From the IMG/VR virus record IMGVR_UViG_3300045738_002143: DNA of 24,637 bases; one strand, written 5' to 3'. The DNA is from an uncultured virus (IMG/VR IMGVR_UViG_3300045738_002143). Its lineage: Duplodnaviria > Heunggongvirae > Uroviricota > Caudoviricetes. A program made the position numbers and the translations under genes. A model generated the notes under the pieces. That model did not search any database and had not been told where the DNA came from. It saw nothing but the letters and a program-made list of their open reading frames with translations. Shown piece by piece: positions 1-8,683 of the stretch (the stretch's first letter is position 1; every line of letters starts with the position of its first letter).

Positions 1-197
1 CATATGGTTGGTACGAGGATGAAGAACTCGCTTATCGCATGAGTCATTATGGGTTTAGTCAAGCGATTTGTTCGAAAAGTTGGGTTAGACATGAAGGTGC
101 CGCAACTATAAAAGCTCTTTTTAAAGAAAATCCAGAAGCCAAGGAAATTATGGCATCTAATCGAGATCGGTGTATTGCAGATATTTCTTTGTTATGA
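1..197 (+). CDS. 3' end of a probable family 2 glycosyltransferase (truncated by window start)
   Basis: Frame from nt 3 reads YGWYEDEELAYRMSHYGFSQAICSKSWVRHEGAAT...ISLL* (TGA 195-197). The Y.ED.E/DL..R ... V.H.G..T pattern is typical of GT2 C-termini. Confidence 0.65.
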   Translation, partial: YGWYEDEELAYRMSHYGFSQAICSKSWVRHEGAATIKALFKENPEAKEIMASNRDRCIADISLL

Positions 198-276
198 AGA
201 GTATATAATATCAGTAGCAATGATGTACCTAGTATGGCATCACACCCATACATTAGGAATTTTAAGGAGGAAAAAT

Positions 277-435
277 ATGCCTACTACAATGAAATGTAAG
301 AAGGATGATGGAACTTTCAAGTATGTTACGTGGAGATTCTTCTATCCTAAATGTCCAAAGATAAACCAACTTTGTAACCCGCAAGCTGGAGCATACGTAG
401 CCGCAGTTACGGTTTGTAATCAACGCCTATTCTAG
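277..435 (+). CDS. Small Cys-containing hypothetical protein (52 aa, MPTTMKCKK...)
   Basis: Strong SD AAGGAGG 6 nt before ATG 277; followed by a terminator. Confidence 0.65.
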   Translation: MPTTMKCKKDDGTFKYVTWRFFYPKCPKINQLCNPQAGAYVAAVTVCNQRLF

Positions 436-454
436 AGTTGATTACGGGTATAAT

Positions 455-489
455 AAAAAGCTCGCCTCGTATAAGAGGCGGGTTTTTTT
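455..489. terminator. Intrinsic terminator, probably bidirectional
   Basis: AAAAAGCTCGCCTC-gtataa-GAGGCGGGTTTTTTT. Confidence 0.8.
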
Positions 490-537
490 GTGAGGCGGGA
501 TATATGTTTGTTCATTTTTTTAGAAAGGTACTTTACT

Positions 538-708
538 ATGTTTAATCGAGATAACTTAGAATTAGGCGTAATCGCTGGCGTAGGTGCTGGATTGGCAGGA
601 CTCTTGGGAAACGTAATTGACGTTGAACTTGGTCTGTTGTTGTTTCCAGTAGTAGCTGGTGGCATGGCAATTGTCGTGAAGATTTTAAAAGACAAGCTTA
701 TGAACTAG
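538..708 (+). CDS. Small two-TM, Gly-rich membrane protein
   Basis: AAAGG upstream of ATG 538; two hydrophobic Gly-rich stretches. Confidence 0.65.
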   Translation: MFNRDNLELGVIAGVGAGLAGLLGNVIDVELGLLLFPVVAGGMAIVVKILKDKLMN

Positions 709-726
709 TCATAGGTTGACTAGAAG

Positions 727-760
727 GCACATCCGCTCAGGCGGATGTGTCTTTTTTTTT
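727..760 (+). terminator. Intrinsic terminator
   Basis: CACATCCGC-tcag-GCGGATGTG followed by a T9 run; overlaps the end of the convergent gene. Confidence 0.75.
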
Positions 761-1060
761 GAACTTTTTAAGCCAACGACATACAAAAGGATATATCGCT
801 AGGGAAAGTCCAATTCGTAAAGGTTTAATGAGTTCTACAACCGCATAGGCGATGCCAATTTCACCGGCTGGAGATTCTTGGAAAAAAGATGCTATGCTAT
901 CCCATCCAAAATATTCGAATAAAGAAACTACATCGAATCCAAAAGCTATAGTCAAATATATTAGACCTAGCCATATGCCCTTTAAAACTAGATTGAATAT
1001 CAAAAATCCTATGCCGTACTTGCCTATCAGTACGGCTTTTTTTTTCACATTAGAAGACAT
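737..1060 (-). CDS. DUF1279/FAM210-like membrane protein
   Basis: KYG..., Y..I..G.DV..L, AG.IGIAYAVVELIKPLRIGLSLAIYPFV matches the remembered FAM210/DUF1279 pattern. Confidence 0.6.
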   Translation of the reverse strand: MSSNVKKKAVLIGKYGIGFLIFNLVLKGIWLGLIYLTIAFGFDVVSLFEYFGWDSIASFFQESPAGEIGIAYAVVELIKPLRIGLSLAIYPFVCRWLKKFKKKDTSA

Positions 1061-1088
1061 GTGCTTTCAACAATTAAACCAAAACGAT

Positions 1089-1122
1089 AAAAAATGGCCC
1101 ACTGTCATGGGACAGCGAGCCA
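1089..1122 (-). terminator. Intrinsic terminator for the minus-strand operon
   Basis: Minus strand TGGCTCGCTGTC-ccat-GACAGTGGGCCA-TTTTTT (12-bp stem with 2 G-U pairs). Confidence 0.75.
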
Positions 1123-1183
1123 GAGTCAGATTTGAGTCTTAGTGGAACTTTGGAATTCACCCCCTCTCGTTCCACCGATAGTC

Positions 1184-1552
1184 TCATCCTCCGACGTGGG
1201 TCACTACGCCCTTGAGTGTGATAGTTTGGTTGGGCTGCCAGTCTGTTAATTTGTTGCTAAGAAACGGCTTCCCACCAGCTTCTCGATTGACGGCAATTGT
1301 AATATGTTTGATCTCGTTTTTACTGGGGATTGGAGACTCTACGCCGACTGCCATCACTTTGTCATCTTGGGCTTGAGAGATAATAGTTAATGGGGCTTCC
1401 TGCCCCACCAATTCATTGGCTGGCCCTTGTTCTGGAGAACCCATGTTAATTGTCATATGGTGGGCCAGGGTTTCCCAACCTTCTGGTACATCAATTGAAT
1501 TTACGAGTCTATCGTGAGACTCTGGGGTTAAGACGAGTGCTGTATAACTCAT
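1184..1552 (-). CDS. 2H phosphoesterase (tRNA-ligase cyclic phosphodiesterase-like)
   Basis: Two HxT motifs: HHMTINMG and KHITIAVN; 4-bp overlap with the upstream gene. Confidence 0.75.
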   Translation of the reverse strand: MSYTALVLTPESHDRLVNSIDVPEGWETLAHHMTINMGSPEQGPANELVGQEAPLTIISQAQDDKVMAVGVESPIPSKNEIKHITIAVNREAGGKPFLSNKLTDWQPNQTITLKGVVTHVGG

Positions 1553-2406
1553 GATTTTTTCCTTACATAGCGTGTTTTTATTTTGGGGTTTTTAGATTGG
1601 GTACGAGGTTCGGGAAATTCTTTTTGTCTCGGCTCCATCTCACGACCAAGTAGTCGCATTCTTTCCTGCCAGTATGTAGTAGAGTCTTTCGTTACAGTTC
1701 CATCTTCGTTGGCCCATTGATTTCCGCCTTCTCCAAATTTTTTCTGGTTGTATTGTAGCCAATATTCGAAGACTCTGTTAGCATCTTTTTCATCTCTGTT
1801 GAGAATTTTATCCTTACTGACCTCCCAGTCTCCCTCTACGCTTTCCCGCCTTATGGGAATTAGTTGTGCAATCGGTGGCCAAGAATCTTTTCTGATTTTG
1901 ATCCATTCGTTTTTGACATCGATGCAGAGATTGATCCACAGATCGTATTGCATCCAGTCTGATTCGATTATCCCTTCCATCACATGATAATTTTGTGGCG
2001 GAAAGTTTATCGGGCTTCTCATGTGGAGGCACCATCCAGGAGGTGTTTCTAGAATACAACCAGTCCACATTTGAACGATATTTGGTTCTACACTTCCATA
2101 GGAGAATTTGGATCGCCCGCCATTCTCTGGGCAGAATTTTTCGATGTCTATGTTTTCTCTAAGTAGTGATTTAACTAATTGGTGATCTGCGTTGCTATAT
2201 GGCTCAAGCAAGTTGTGTTCGTAGTTTTCCCCGTCCCACTTGATGTCGATGTCAACTGCTGGAAACACCCACCATCCTGCCGAGTTGGCAGAAGTGAAGG
2301 GCTTACAGAATTTGACTCCTCCAGCGTGTGCCGTGCCATTGAGAGTCTTTTCTGCCCGAACTAGTCTAATCCCCTTCGGGTGTAATCGCCAGATGTTTAG
2401 TTCCAT
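1549..2406 (-). CDS. DUF6065-like protein
   Basis: FC.PFTSANS.GWW.F, I.WDG, G.ILETPPGW.L..RSP.N, EGIIESDW, P.AQLIP motifs. Confidence 0.6.
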   Translation of the reverse strand: MELNIWRLHPKGIRLVRAEKTLNGTAHAGGVKFCKPFTSANSAGWWVFPAVDIDIKWDGENYEHNLLEPYSNADHQLVKSLLRENIDIEKFCPENGGRSKFSYGSVEPNIVQMWTGCILETPPGWCLHMRSPINFPPQNYHVMEGIIESDWMQYDLWINLCIDVKNEWIKIRKDSWPPIAQLIPIRRESVEGDWEVSKDKILNRDEKDANRVFEYWLQYNQKKFGEGGNQWANEDGTVTKDSTTYWQERMRLLGREMEPRQKEFPEPRTQSKNPKIKTRYVRKKS

Positions 2407-2483
2407 GATGACTTATTATAACAACTACATGAGACTTTTTGAAACACTACTGCTTGTTTTGTTGGCATTTTTATAAAACTGCA

Positions 2484-2879
2484 TTATTCTGACCATTTCC
2501 AGCCCATAGCACGACCTTTTGTGTCAATTATATCCATGATGGATTCTAATTCTCCCATGTAGGCTTGATGTGCTGCTCTGAAACTTTCTTCTTTTTCTCT
2601 TTTAGTTTTAGAGTTCATAGCTGCGCCAATGGTCATAGCTCCAATGCCGTACATGGGTGTGTTGCCAAATTTGATGTCTTCATCAGACATTCTGACCATT
2701 TCTAATTCGTTTGCTTCTTGATCTAATCCTACGTTCCGCATAAGGCGAATCATGTTGTTGTGGAATCTGGGGTCTTTAGATGGACCTTCACGGTACAAAT
2801 CCAGTCCGTGATCGAAGAGTCTTTGCCACTCTACTTCGTTTGAGGATTCTGTCTGCAACCATTCATAGAAACTTCTCAT
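2484..2879 (-). CDS. Hypothetical protein with capsid-targeting-like N-terminus (MRSFYEWLQTE)
   Basis: 131-aa ORF; N-terminal motif shared with four other ORFs; TATATA box 5 nt before ATG. Confidence 0.75.
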   Translation of the reverse strand: MRSFYEWLQTESSNEVEWQRLFDHGLDLYREGPSKDPRFHNNMIRLMRNVGLDQEANELEMVRMSDEDIKFGNTPMYGIGAMTIGAAMNSKTKREKEESFRAAHQAYMGELESIMDIIDTKGRAMGWKWSE

Positions 2880-2942
2880 GTCATTATATAGATGGGTTTA
2901 TTATTCTTTGTGCCATCCATTGTTTAGCAATCTAAGGGCGTT
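2877..2942. repeat. 66-bp perfect direct repeat, copy 1
   Basis: catgtcattatatagatgggtttattattctttgtgccatccattgtttagcaatctaagggcgtt, identical to 3575-3640. Confidence 0.97.
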
Positions 2943-3577
2943 TCAATCAAATCAACGCCACAGCCAAAGTCTACAATACCTGTACCATTCCAATGGCAGA
3001 AGTCTGTCAGTTCATGCTTGGGTAATTCGATTAAATCCCAAAAATCCCGTAAAGCCGATGGCCTCCGACCACTCAAAGGCTTGCCGATGTCATCGACAAT
3101 CATCAATCCCGTAAACCCAACACGTTTGCACGTTTCGTAAAACTCCCGCTCGTCATGGCCGGTATGACTTATGTCAAGCATGATTAAAGAACATTGTGGC
3201 AAAAGATATTCAACAGTACGTGAATTACAACTTATCTGAATGAAATCAATCGGCAATTCCGCTGATCGATTTCCTCCCTTATAGGAGAAGTATTTACCTT
3301 CGGGATGAAAACTACTGTATGAGCGACGATCAACAACATCTGCCGTGATGATAAAGTTGTTTCGTTCCCAAGCATGGGCTGCAAACGCAACAGCCGAGGC
3401 TCCCTGTGCCGTTCCTGTATCGAAAATCAAAGCATCGGTTAGTTGATCGGCAAGGTACGAACAAAGCTTATAATGTTCTCCAGTTTCCTTGACATACCAA
3501 CCCTTAAAATTTGTGCTTGGGTGAACAGCCTCAGATAGGTCATGTCGCTTTACTTCGTCAGGAACAATGTGAAACAT
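2924..3577 (-). CDS. Class I SAM-dependent methyltransferase (Methyltransf_24-like)
   Basis: Motif I FDTGTAQGAS, LIMLDISH, G...IVDDI. Confidence 0.75.
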   Translation of the reverse strand: MFHIVPDEVKRHDLSEAVHPSTNFKGWYVKETGEHYKLCSYLADQLTDALIFDTGTAQGASAVAFAAHAWERNNFIITADVVDRRSYSSFHPEGKYFSYKGGNRSAELPIDFIQISCNSRTVEYLLPQCSLIMLDISHTGHDEREFYETCKRVGFTGLMIVDDIGKPLSGRRPSALRDFWDLIELPKHELTDFCHWNGTGIVDFGCGVDLIETPLDC

Positions 3578-3640
3578 GTCATTATATAGATGGGTTTATT
3601 ATTCTTTGTGCCATCCATTGTTTAGCAATCTAAGGGCGTT
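3575..3640. repeat. 66-bp perfect direct repeat, copy 2
   Basis: Identical to 2877-2942; encodes the dipeptidase C-terminus NALRLLNNGWHKE*. Confidence 0.97.
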
Positions 3641-4837
3641 CTTGCCTAAAAACTTTTCAACAATATCATCACTATAATCCAATCCTTTGAGGTAACTGGT
3701 AATTCTGGGAAGTTCTGACATGTCTACAATTTCGTCAGGTGGATCGGTGAATCCATCAAAATCAGTTCCAATACCAATAGCGTCAGTCCCGCATGTATTT
3801 ATAACGTGTCTTAGCGTGTGTTCTATGTGCTTTAAGCCCAATCCGCTATCTACGGGGGAAATCCAGTAGTTCATAAAAATTATGCCTGCAACGCAACCGT
3901 GCTCGGCAAGCCATTTGAATTCCCAGTCTTGTAGATTGTATGTTACTCTATTGACTTCAAATGCACCTACATGCGTAGCTACTAAGCATTCCTTTTTGTG
4001 GGCGGCATCAACTATGCCATAAATTTGTTTTCGTGCCGCTAGGGTGCAGTGTGAAATGTCTATCAACATTCCCAGGTCGAGCATCTTTTCCACAACCTTT
4101 ATTCCCAGAGGAGTAAGCCCTTCGGTTTCGTCCCATCTTCCCAAAACTTCACGCCAGTTAAGATGCTTTGCCCCGTATTCTGGATAAGGGAAAACGGGCG
4201 ACACACAATGATTGGGATAAAAATGTGCCAGACCTAGATAAGCCACTCCTCGATTGAAGAAGTGTTCTAAATTTTTCATTACTTCTTCTTCGATGTCTTT
4301 TGGATGAGACATTATTTCTTCTGATATGATTTTACCCGATTCGTGTCCTTGTAGACTGTGTGCGCCCTCGATTGAATGTATGACACACATATCACCAGCA
4401 GCAATTCCGTCTCTTAATTCTTCCCTGTTGGTCGCAAGTACGGCATTTCTTGCATTTTCACTTTTATGTGTGTTGTAGGAATCAATTTGGCGTTCCATTC
4501 CACTAAGCATTTCATTGGTGGAATCAAAATAGGTAGGGTCTACTATTTTTTTGCGAACGCTAGGGGTTAATCGCAGGAGCCACTTAATCAGAGATATGTC
4601 ATTGATCCATCCTTGTTCTAGCACATAGGCAGTGGACAATAAAACATCGACACCTCCTTTTTCCATTTTGGGGAATGTCACACGGTCGCTAAATGGCCAG
4701 AATTTTTCCTTAAAGAATTTTGCGATAAATTTGGTCTTGCTAGTGCCCACATTCCTGTTAAAAATGGTTGACTTGAGTGCCGGGTGTGTATGTAAATCTA
4801 TAACTGTCGAATCGAAATGTAAATTCTTCCAACTCAT
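3599..4837 (-). CDS. Membrane/renal dipeptidase family (peptidase M19) amidohydrolase
   Basis: IDLHTH, HSIEGAH, GLTPLG...MLIDISH, ATH, GIGTDFDG, KFLGKNALR. Confidence 0.9.
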   Translation of the reverse strand: MSWKNLHFDSTVIDLHTHPALKSTIFNRNVGTSKTKFIAKFFKEKFWPFSDRVTFPKMEKGGVDVLLSTAYVLEQGWINDISLIKWLLRLTPSVRKKIVDPTYFDSTNEMLSGMERQIDSYNTHKSENARNAVLATNREELRDGIAAGDMCVIHSIEGAHSLQGHESGKIISEEIMSHPKDIEEEVMKNLEHFFNRGVAYLGLAHFYPNHCVSPVFPYPEYGAKHLNWREVLGRWDETEGLTPLGIKVVEKMLDLGMLIDISHCTLAARKQIYGIVDAAHKKECLVATHVGAFEVNRVTYNLQDWEFKWLAEHGCVAGIIFMNYWISPVDSGLGLKHIEHTLRHVINTCGTDAIGIGTDFDGFTDPPDEIVDMSELPRITSYLKGLDYSDDIVEKFLGKNALRLLNNGWHKE

Positions 4838-4946
4838 TTTTGTCTACTCCAAAGGTTCATCTTCGTCAACCCATACTTTTGGATCGAATCTATTCTTAAC
4901 TTTACTATATAGGTTGTCAATTAACTAGCCCAAATGGAGATTAATT

Positions 4947-5066
4947 ATGAGAGTTCGGATGAGTTGCGAATGTGAATGTGAACACTGTGTAGATGATTGT
5001 TGCTTGTGTGGTGGTGGTGATTCTTGTTGCGAAGATTGCAAATGCTGCAATAAAGAAGAAGAATAG
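4947..5066 (+). CDS. Metallothionein-like Cys-rich mini-protein (39 aa; alternative start 4959)
   Basis: MRVRMSCECECEHCVDDCCLCGGGDSCCEDCKCCNKEEE*; GGAG 7 nt before ATG; terminator immediately after. Absent from the ORF track because it is too short. Confidence 0.75.
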   Translation: MRVRMSCECECEHCVDDCCLCGGGDSCCEDCKCCNKEEE

Positions 5067-5070
5067 CTAT

Positions 5071-5104
5071 AAAAAAAGCCCGCCGTTAGGCGGGCTTTTT
5101 GTTT
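5071..5104. terminator. Intrinsic terminator, bidirectional
   Basis: AAAAAAAGCCCGCC-gtta-GGCGGGCTTTTT. Confidence 0.85.
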
Positions 5105-5125
5105 GATCATCTTTGGAGAAGAACG

Positions 5126-5320
5126 ATGGCTAAATCTGACGATTCGGCGACATCACTTGTTCTGAGCTTAGGTGTCGGCGTTGGTGTCGGCCTTGGTATC
5201 ATCATTGGTGCTGCCCTTGGTTCTGCCTTTGGTGCTGTAGGTATTGCCGTGGCATTAGGTGTCTGCTTCGGTCCTGTCGTAGGACTCGCTGTCGCCGCTG
5301 TCGCCTTATCGCTTGATTAG
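5126..5320 (+). CDS. Small glycine-zipper membrane protein
   Basis: GGAG SD before ATG 5126; GxxxG-rich hydrophobic sequence. Confidence 0.7.
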   Translation: MAKSDDSATSLVLSLGVGVGVGLGIIIGAALGSAFGAVGIAVALGVCFGPVVGLAVAAVALSLD

Positions 5321-5405
5321 AGATAGCTCTCTAACCGCATCTCTCATTTGCGCTCGATGAACCCATTTGCTTTTTTCTGATGTGCCTTCTCGGTTTAGGC
5401 TTTCG

Positions 5406-6971
5406 TTATTTTGCTTTGAGAAAATTTCTAAATTTATCTGGTTCTCGCAACGCTAATGCTGCCAATCGTACACCGACCCGTCCGGTAGCGTCATAGAAGT
5501 ATCGCAATCCCGGTTGGTTTCCATCCCGACCGTTGTTCTCTCGGTTGAAGTGGCTACCGATCCAGTGATGCGATAGTTCGTGAACAATCGTTTCAATTGG
5601 TGCGGAAGTGCCGGTATCGAGTTTGTCGAACCAAGTATTGCCATGTGATCGACCGATGACCTTCATGTTGAAGTCCATCGATCCTGACGTTTTGTTATTG
5701 CGGCTGTAGCAAGCCAGCACTTGATCATTATACTCCTTAACGAAGTTGACTGTCAGTCGAACGTTTAGGCATTCGATGGCAACCCATTTGGAGAACTCAG
5801 CCGCATTACGCATCGCTGGAGTCCATTTGGACTCTGGGATCAAATGCGCCGGGTCAGCATTTGGGTCGTCACTGTATGCCTGCGGAGTTGGAAACATTTG
5901 GCCTGCTGGCGGTGTCGCTTTGCCGCCTGCTGCTTCATTCGCACGTCGAATGCCAGCCCACTGATCCTTGGTGTAACGATTGCCGGGCATGACCGTGTAG
6001 CCCTCGGCAGGACCACGAACATTCGATTCCAGGTCGCTTGGGTCGTACACGACACGCTTCTTACCTTCCGTCTCGTCCAGAATCTTGTTGATAGTTTCTG
6101 GTTGAGCGTCGGGGTCAGAGTATACGTCTTGCGCCCACTTGCCATCTTTGGAAGTCAGGTCATCTCGCATATTATTTGCCACATGCGTCTTGATTTTGCG
6201 AGAATAAGCAGGAGTTACATTGTCTCTGTCCTTGTTGAGTGGGACTTTTTGGCCGATGTTGATGTGCCAGTTACACGGCGATTCGACAACAGGGATGCCC
6301 AACTCATAGAGCATGGCTTCCTCACCTTCACGCACCTCATAGACGCTAATGGTCGTCTTGCGAGCAGTCGGTCGCATCACACCATCTTCGTCAGGCTTTT
6401 GTGTGGCCAGAGTTTCCTCGAATGTATGGATTGGCTTGTGGGATTGCAATTGTTTGCCGTTGAACGTTACGGTTACATCGTCGGGCAAAATCAATGAATT
6501 AAGTAGACGCTCGGTCTCTACGAAGTCGTCTCGTTTGAGGTACATGGTGCCCTTGACGACCGTACCACTTTCTCGCTTGCGACGAGGATAGACTTTTCGA
6601 CCTTTATCATTAAATATAACAGTGCCAGTGGTGGTTTCAATCGAGGCGCTCTGACATAATGACAACCACAACTTGCAACCCAAATTGAATTGACCAGACT
6701 GCGTTGGGTTTTTGCGCTTATATGATTCGGCAAACAAAGTCCAGGCGTTATTAAACTGTTCGCCATAACCACGTTCGCTGTTGTCCTCAACAATAATCCC
6801 GGCGTAGGGTTTTCCGTCAATCGGTTCTACCACTACGTTTATATTTGTTACTCCACTGGGACGTTCATCAAGTGCGTTGGCAATTAACTCGACCAGTATA
6901 TAGGCCGGGCCTCGTTCTTTGGCTTGCTTACACAAACCATCTTTGTCTACGTCGAACCAGTTGGTCGTCAT
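5406..6971 (-). CDS. GHKL (HATPase_c) ATPase fused to a C-terminal HExxH zinc-metalloprotease-like domain
   Basis: ELIANALD, VEDNSERG, GQFNLGCK GHKL motifs; TIVHELSHH...H near the C-terminus; SD AAGGAG. Confidence 0.75.
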   Translation of the reverse strand: MTTNWFDVDKDGLCKQAKERGPAYILVELIANALDERPSGVTNINVVVEPIDGKPYAGIIVEDNSERGYGEQFNNAWTLFAESYKRKNPTQSGQFNLGCKLWLSLCQSASIETTTGTVIFNDKGRKVYPRRKRESGTVVKGTMYLKRDDFVETERLLNSLILPDDVTVTFNGKQLQSHKPIHTFEETLATQKPDEDGVMRPTARKTTISVYEVREGEEAMLYELGIPVVESPCNWHINIGQKVPLNKDRDNVTPAYSRKIKTHVANNMRDDLTSKDGKWAQDVYSDPDAQPETINKILDETEGKKRVVYDPSDLESNVRGPAEGYTVMPGNRYTKDQWAGIRRANEAAGGKATPPAGQMFPTPQAYSDDPNADPAHLIPESKWTPAMRNAAEFSKWVAIECLNVRLTVNFVKEYNDQVLACYSRNNKTSGSMDFNMKVIGRSHGNTWFDKLDTGTSAPIETIVHELSHHWIGSHFNRENNGRDGNQPGLRYFYDATGRVGVRLAALALREPDKFRNFLKAK

Positions 6972-7119
6972 TTCTTAATTCTCCTTGAAATTGGTGTCCA
7001 AAATTTGTTGACAATCATTCGCTTTTACCTTGGACATTCTTGCCAGACATCCTATAATGGACTTGTCAGTTTTGGCGTGAAATCAATCGTAGTGGTTGAA
7101 AATTGATGTTGTGTTAACA

Positions 7120-7148
7120 ATTATACTACGGTATGATCTGGTTGTAAA
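7120..7148 (-). promoter_or_regulatory. Sigma70-type promoter for the GHKL gene
   Basis: Minus strand TTTACA-17 nt-TATAAT. Confidence 0.75.
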
Positions 7149-7172
7149 TCAGAAAAGTTGTAAATCAGAAAA
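7141..7172. repeat. 16-bp tandem duplication covering the -35 element
   Basis: GTTGTAAATCAGAAAA x2. Confidence 0.9.
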
Positions 7173-7245
7173 GTGGATTTCGTGACGAGGCATTTCCTGC
7201 TCCTCGTCAGGGGAAGTTTATGGCAGGGATATGGAGGTACGAGTT

Positions 7246-7455
7246 ATGCTCGTGTTATCACGGAAGAAGAGTGAGAGTATTATTATTGATAATGATATTA
7301 AAGTGACAATTATAGAGATTATGGGCAATAAGGTTAGACTTGGCATCGAGGCCCCAAAAGAAAAAGAAGTTCATCGTGAAGAGATTTGGTTGCAACTTCA
7401 AAAAAGCAAGCTGACCGAAGACGAGCAACTTCAAAAAAGCAAGACTGGTTTTTGA
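7246..7455 (+). CDS. csrA: Carbon storage regulator CsrA, copy 1
   Basis: MLVLSRKKSESIII...VRLGIEAPKE.EVHREEI; SD GGAGG 8 nt before ATG 7246; 19-bp duplication in the tail (7392-7410 and 7425-7443). Confidence 0.92.
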   Translation: MLVLSRKKSESIIIDNDIKVTIIEIMGNKVRLGIEAPKEKEVHREEIWLQLQKSKLTEDEQLQKSKTGF

Positions 7456-7460
7456 ATAAA

Positions 7461-7703
7461 ATGGCAAAACCTAGATTGTGCCCAAATTGCTCTACGTTGA
7501 TCCCCATAGATAGAGGTTTTACATTTGATGAAAACCTTAACATGCGGTGTTCAGAGTGTGGCGAGGTTGTTGTGCCATCTAAGGCGGATGCTCAGGTTGA
7601 ACTAGATTTTGTCTTGAAGAAAAATAGGAAGTCTTCAGTGAAAACACATTCTTTACTGGATGGCCAGCATCCTACTTGGAAAAACGATCTTGGTGATTAT
7701 TAA
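7461..7703 (+). CDS. Zinc-ribbon protein
   Basis: CPNC...CSECG; ATG 5 nt after the csrA stop. Confidence 0.7.
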   Translation: MAKPRLCPNCSTLIPIDRGFTFDENLNMRCSECGEVVVPSKADAQVELDFVLKKNRKSSVKTHSLLDGQHPTWKNDLGDY

Positions 7704-7715
7704 TAGGTGTAAAGC

Positions 7716-8456
7716 ATGACCCAAACAAAAAAATTGCCTCTCGTGCAAGAGCTAGAGAGAATTTTTTCTCATTTAAATAGGGGCCTTTTCGACTCAAGAT
7801 TGCGGCTGCCGACCCATATTATTCAGCCTGAGAAAAAAGTTGTTTTTCGATTTGTGCCTGATTCTTACCATATTTTGATAGGCTCAGAATTTGCTGATTT
7901 AAAAAATTGGGAACGGCCAGAGAGGGGCAAATGTAGGGGAGTGAAACGGACAGCAATCGAGATCATGTTGCAAGAGTATCTGCATGAAATGTGTCATGTC
8001 TACAATTTTGCCACCGATGAAATTGACTGTACTTCCAACCAATACCATAACAAAAACTTTCGTGGGGTCGCTCTGAATGCCGGATTTTATGTTCTAAAAC
8101 ACAAAACTCAAGGTTGCTCGATTACCAAGTTTGATCTTCCTATTGCAACTTCTCCCACTGGTCTGCGGGTTGTGGACAACAAAACGTGTTGGGCACCGAT
8201 ATCGGCTGCTAGAAAGAAGTTGACATCGGTTTTGGAATCGCTTCGTGTGAGTGAAGAAGTAATTTCCAATTCCAGAACAGAGATTAGAGGATTGATTTCT
8301 GCTAATGGGCCGAGGAAGGTGTGTTTCCTCAAATACGAATGCAATTGCCCGTTACCTCACAATTCTGTGCGATCTGGTCGTCGTCCTGACGGAGATAATG
8401 CACCGCATATCCGTTGTGAAGATTGTGGCGCATTATTCAAATGTGTAGACGCCTGA
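7716..8456 (+). CDS. SprT-like zinc metalloprotease with C-terminal Zn ribbon
   Basis: F..LN..LF...L, LHEMCH, YHNKNF, KYECNC...CEDCG. Confidence 0.8.
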   Translation: MTQTKKLPLVQELERIFSHLNRGLFDSRLRLPTHIIQPEKKVVFRFVPDSYHILIGSEFADLKNWERPERGKCRGVKRTAIEIMLQEYLHEMCHVYNFATDEIDCTSNQYHNKNFRGVALNAGFYVLKHKTQGCSITKFDLPIATSPTGLRVVDNKTCWAPISAARKKLTSVLESLRVSEEVISNSRTEIRGLISANGPRKVCFLKYECNCPLPHNSVRSGRRPDGDNAPHIRCEDCGALFKCVDA

Positions 8457-8575
8457 TGGCGGGTCTTCATTATTCCAAAATGAAGAATCTATTATTAGAT
8501 GGACAAGTGGTCACGCCCAGTATTTGAAGATTCAAAACAATTTGCTGGTTATCGGGCAAATCCGCTGATTTTTGG

Positions 8576-8622
8576 TTTACAATCGGCCAAACCGTAGTAA
8601 AATTGCTCCTGTGATGCGAGGA
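8576..8622 (+). promoter_or_regulatory. Promoter with CTGTGATGCGAGGA box at the predicted +1
   Basis: TTTACA-16-TAAAAT; 14-mer at 8609-8622 is identical to 22344-22357. Confidence 0.7.
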
Positions 8623-8683
8623 TAAACCACAAAACAGAACGGAACAGACACCCGTGGGTGATCGACTGGAGCAAAAATAACGG

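Noticed and set aside
2877..3640. IS element or integron cassette
   Set aside because: No transposase or integrase, no terminal inverted repeats and no attC-like palindrome; kept only as a direct-repeat-flanked insertion.
4844..4924. Minus-strand fragment LIDNLYSKVKNRFDPKVWVDEDEPLE* upstream of the dipeptidase
   Set aside because: Looks protein-like but has an in-frame TAG just upstream and no start or SD; at most a gene remnant.
7183..7209. Hairpin TGACGAGG...CCTCGTCA upstream of csrA copy 1
   Set aside because: No U-tract and no recognisable RNA family; function cannot be supported.
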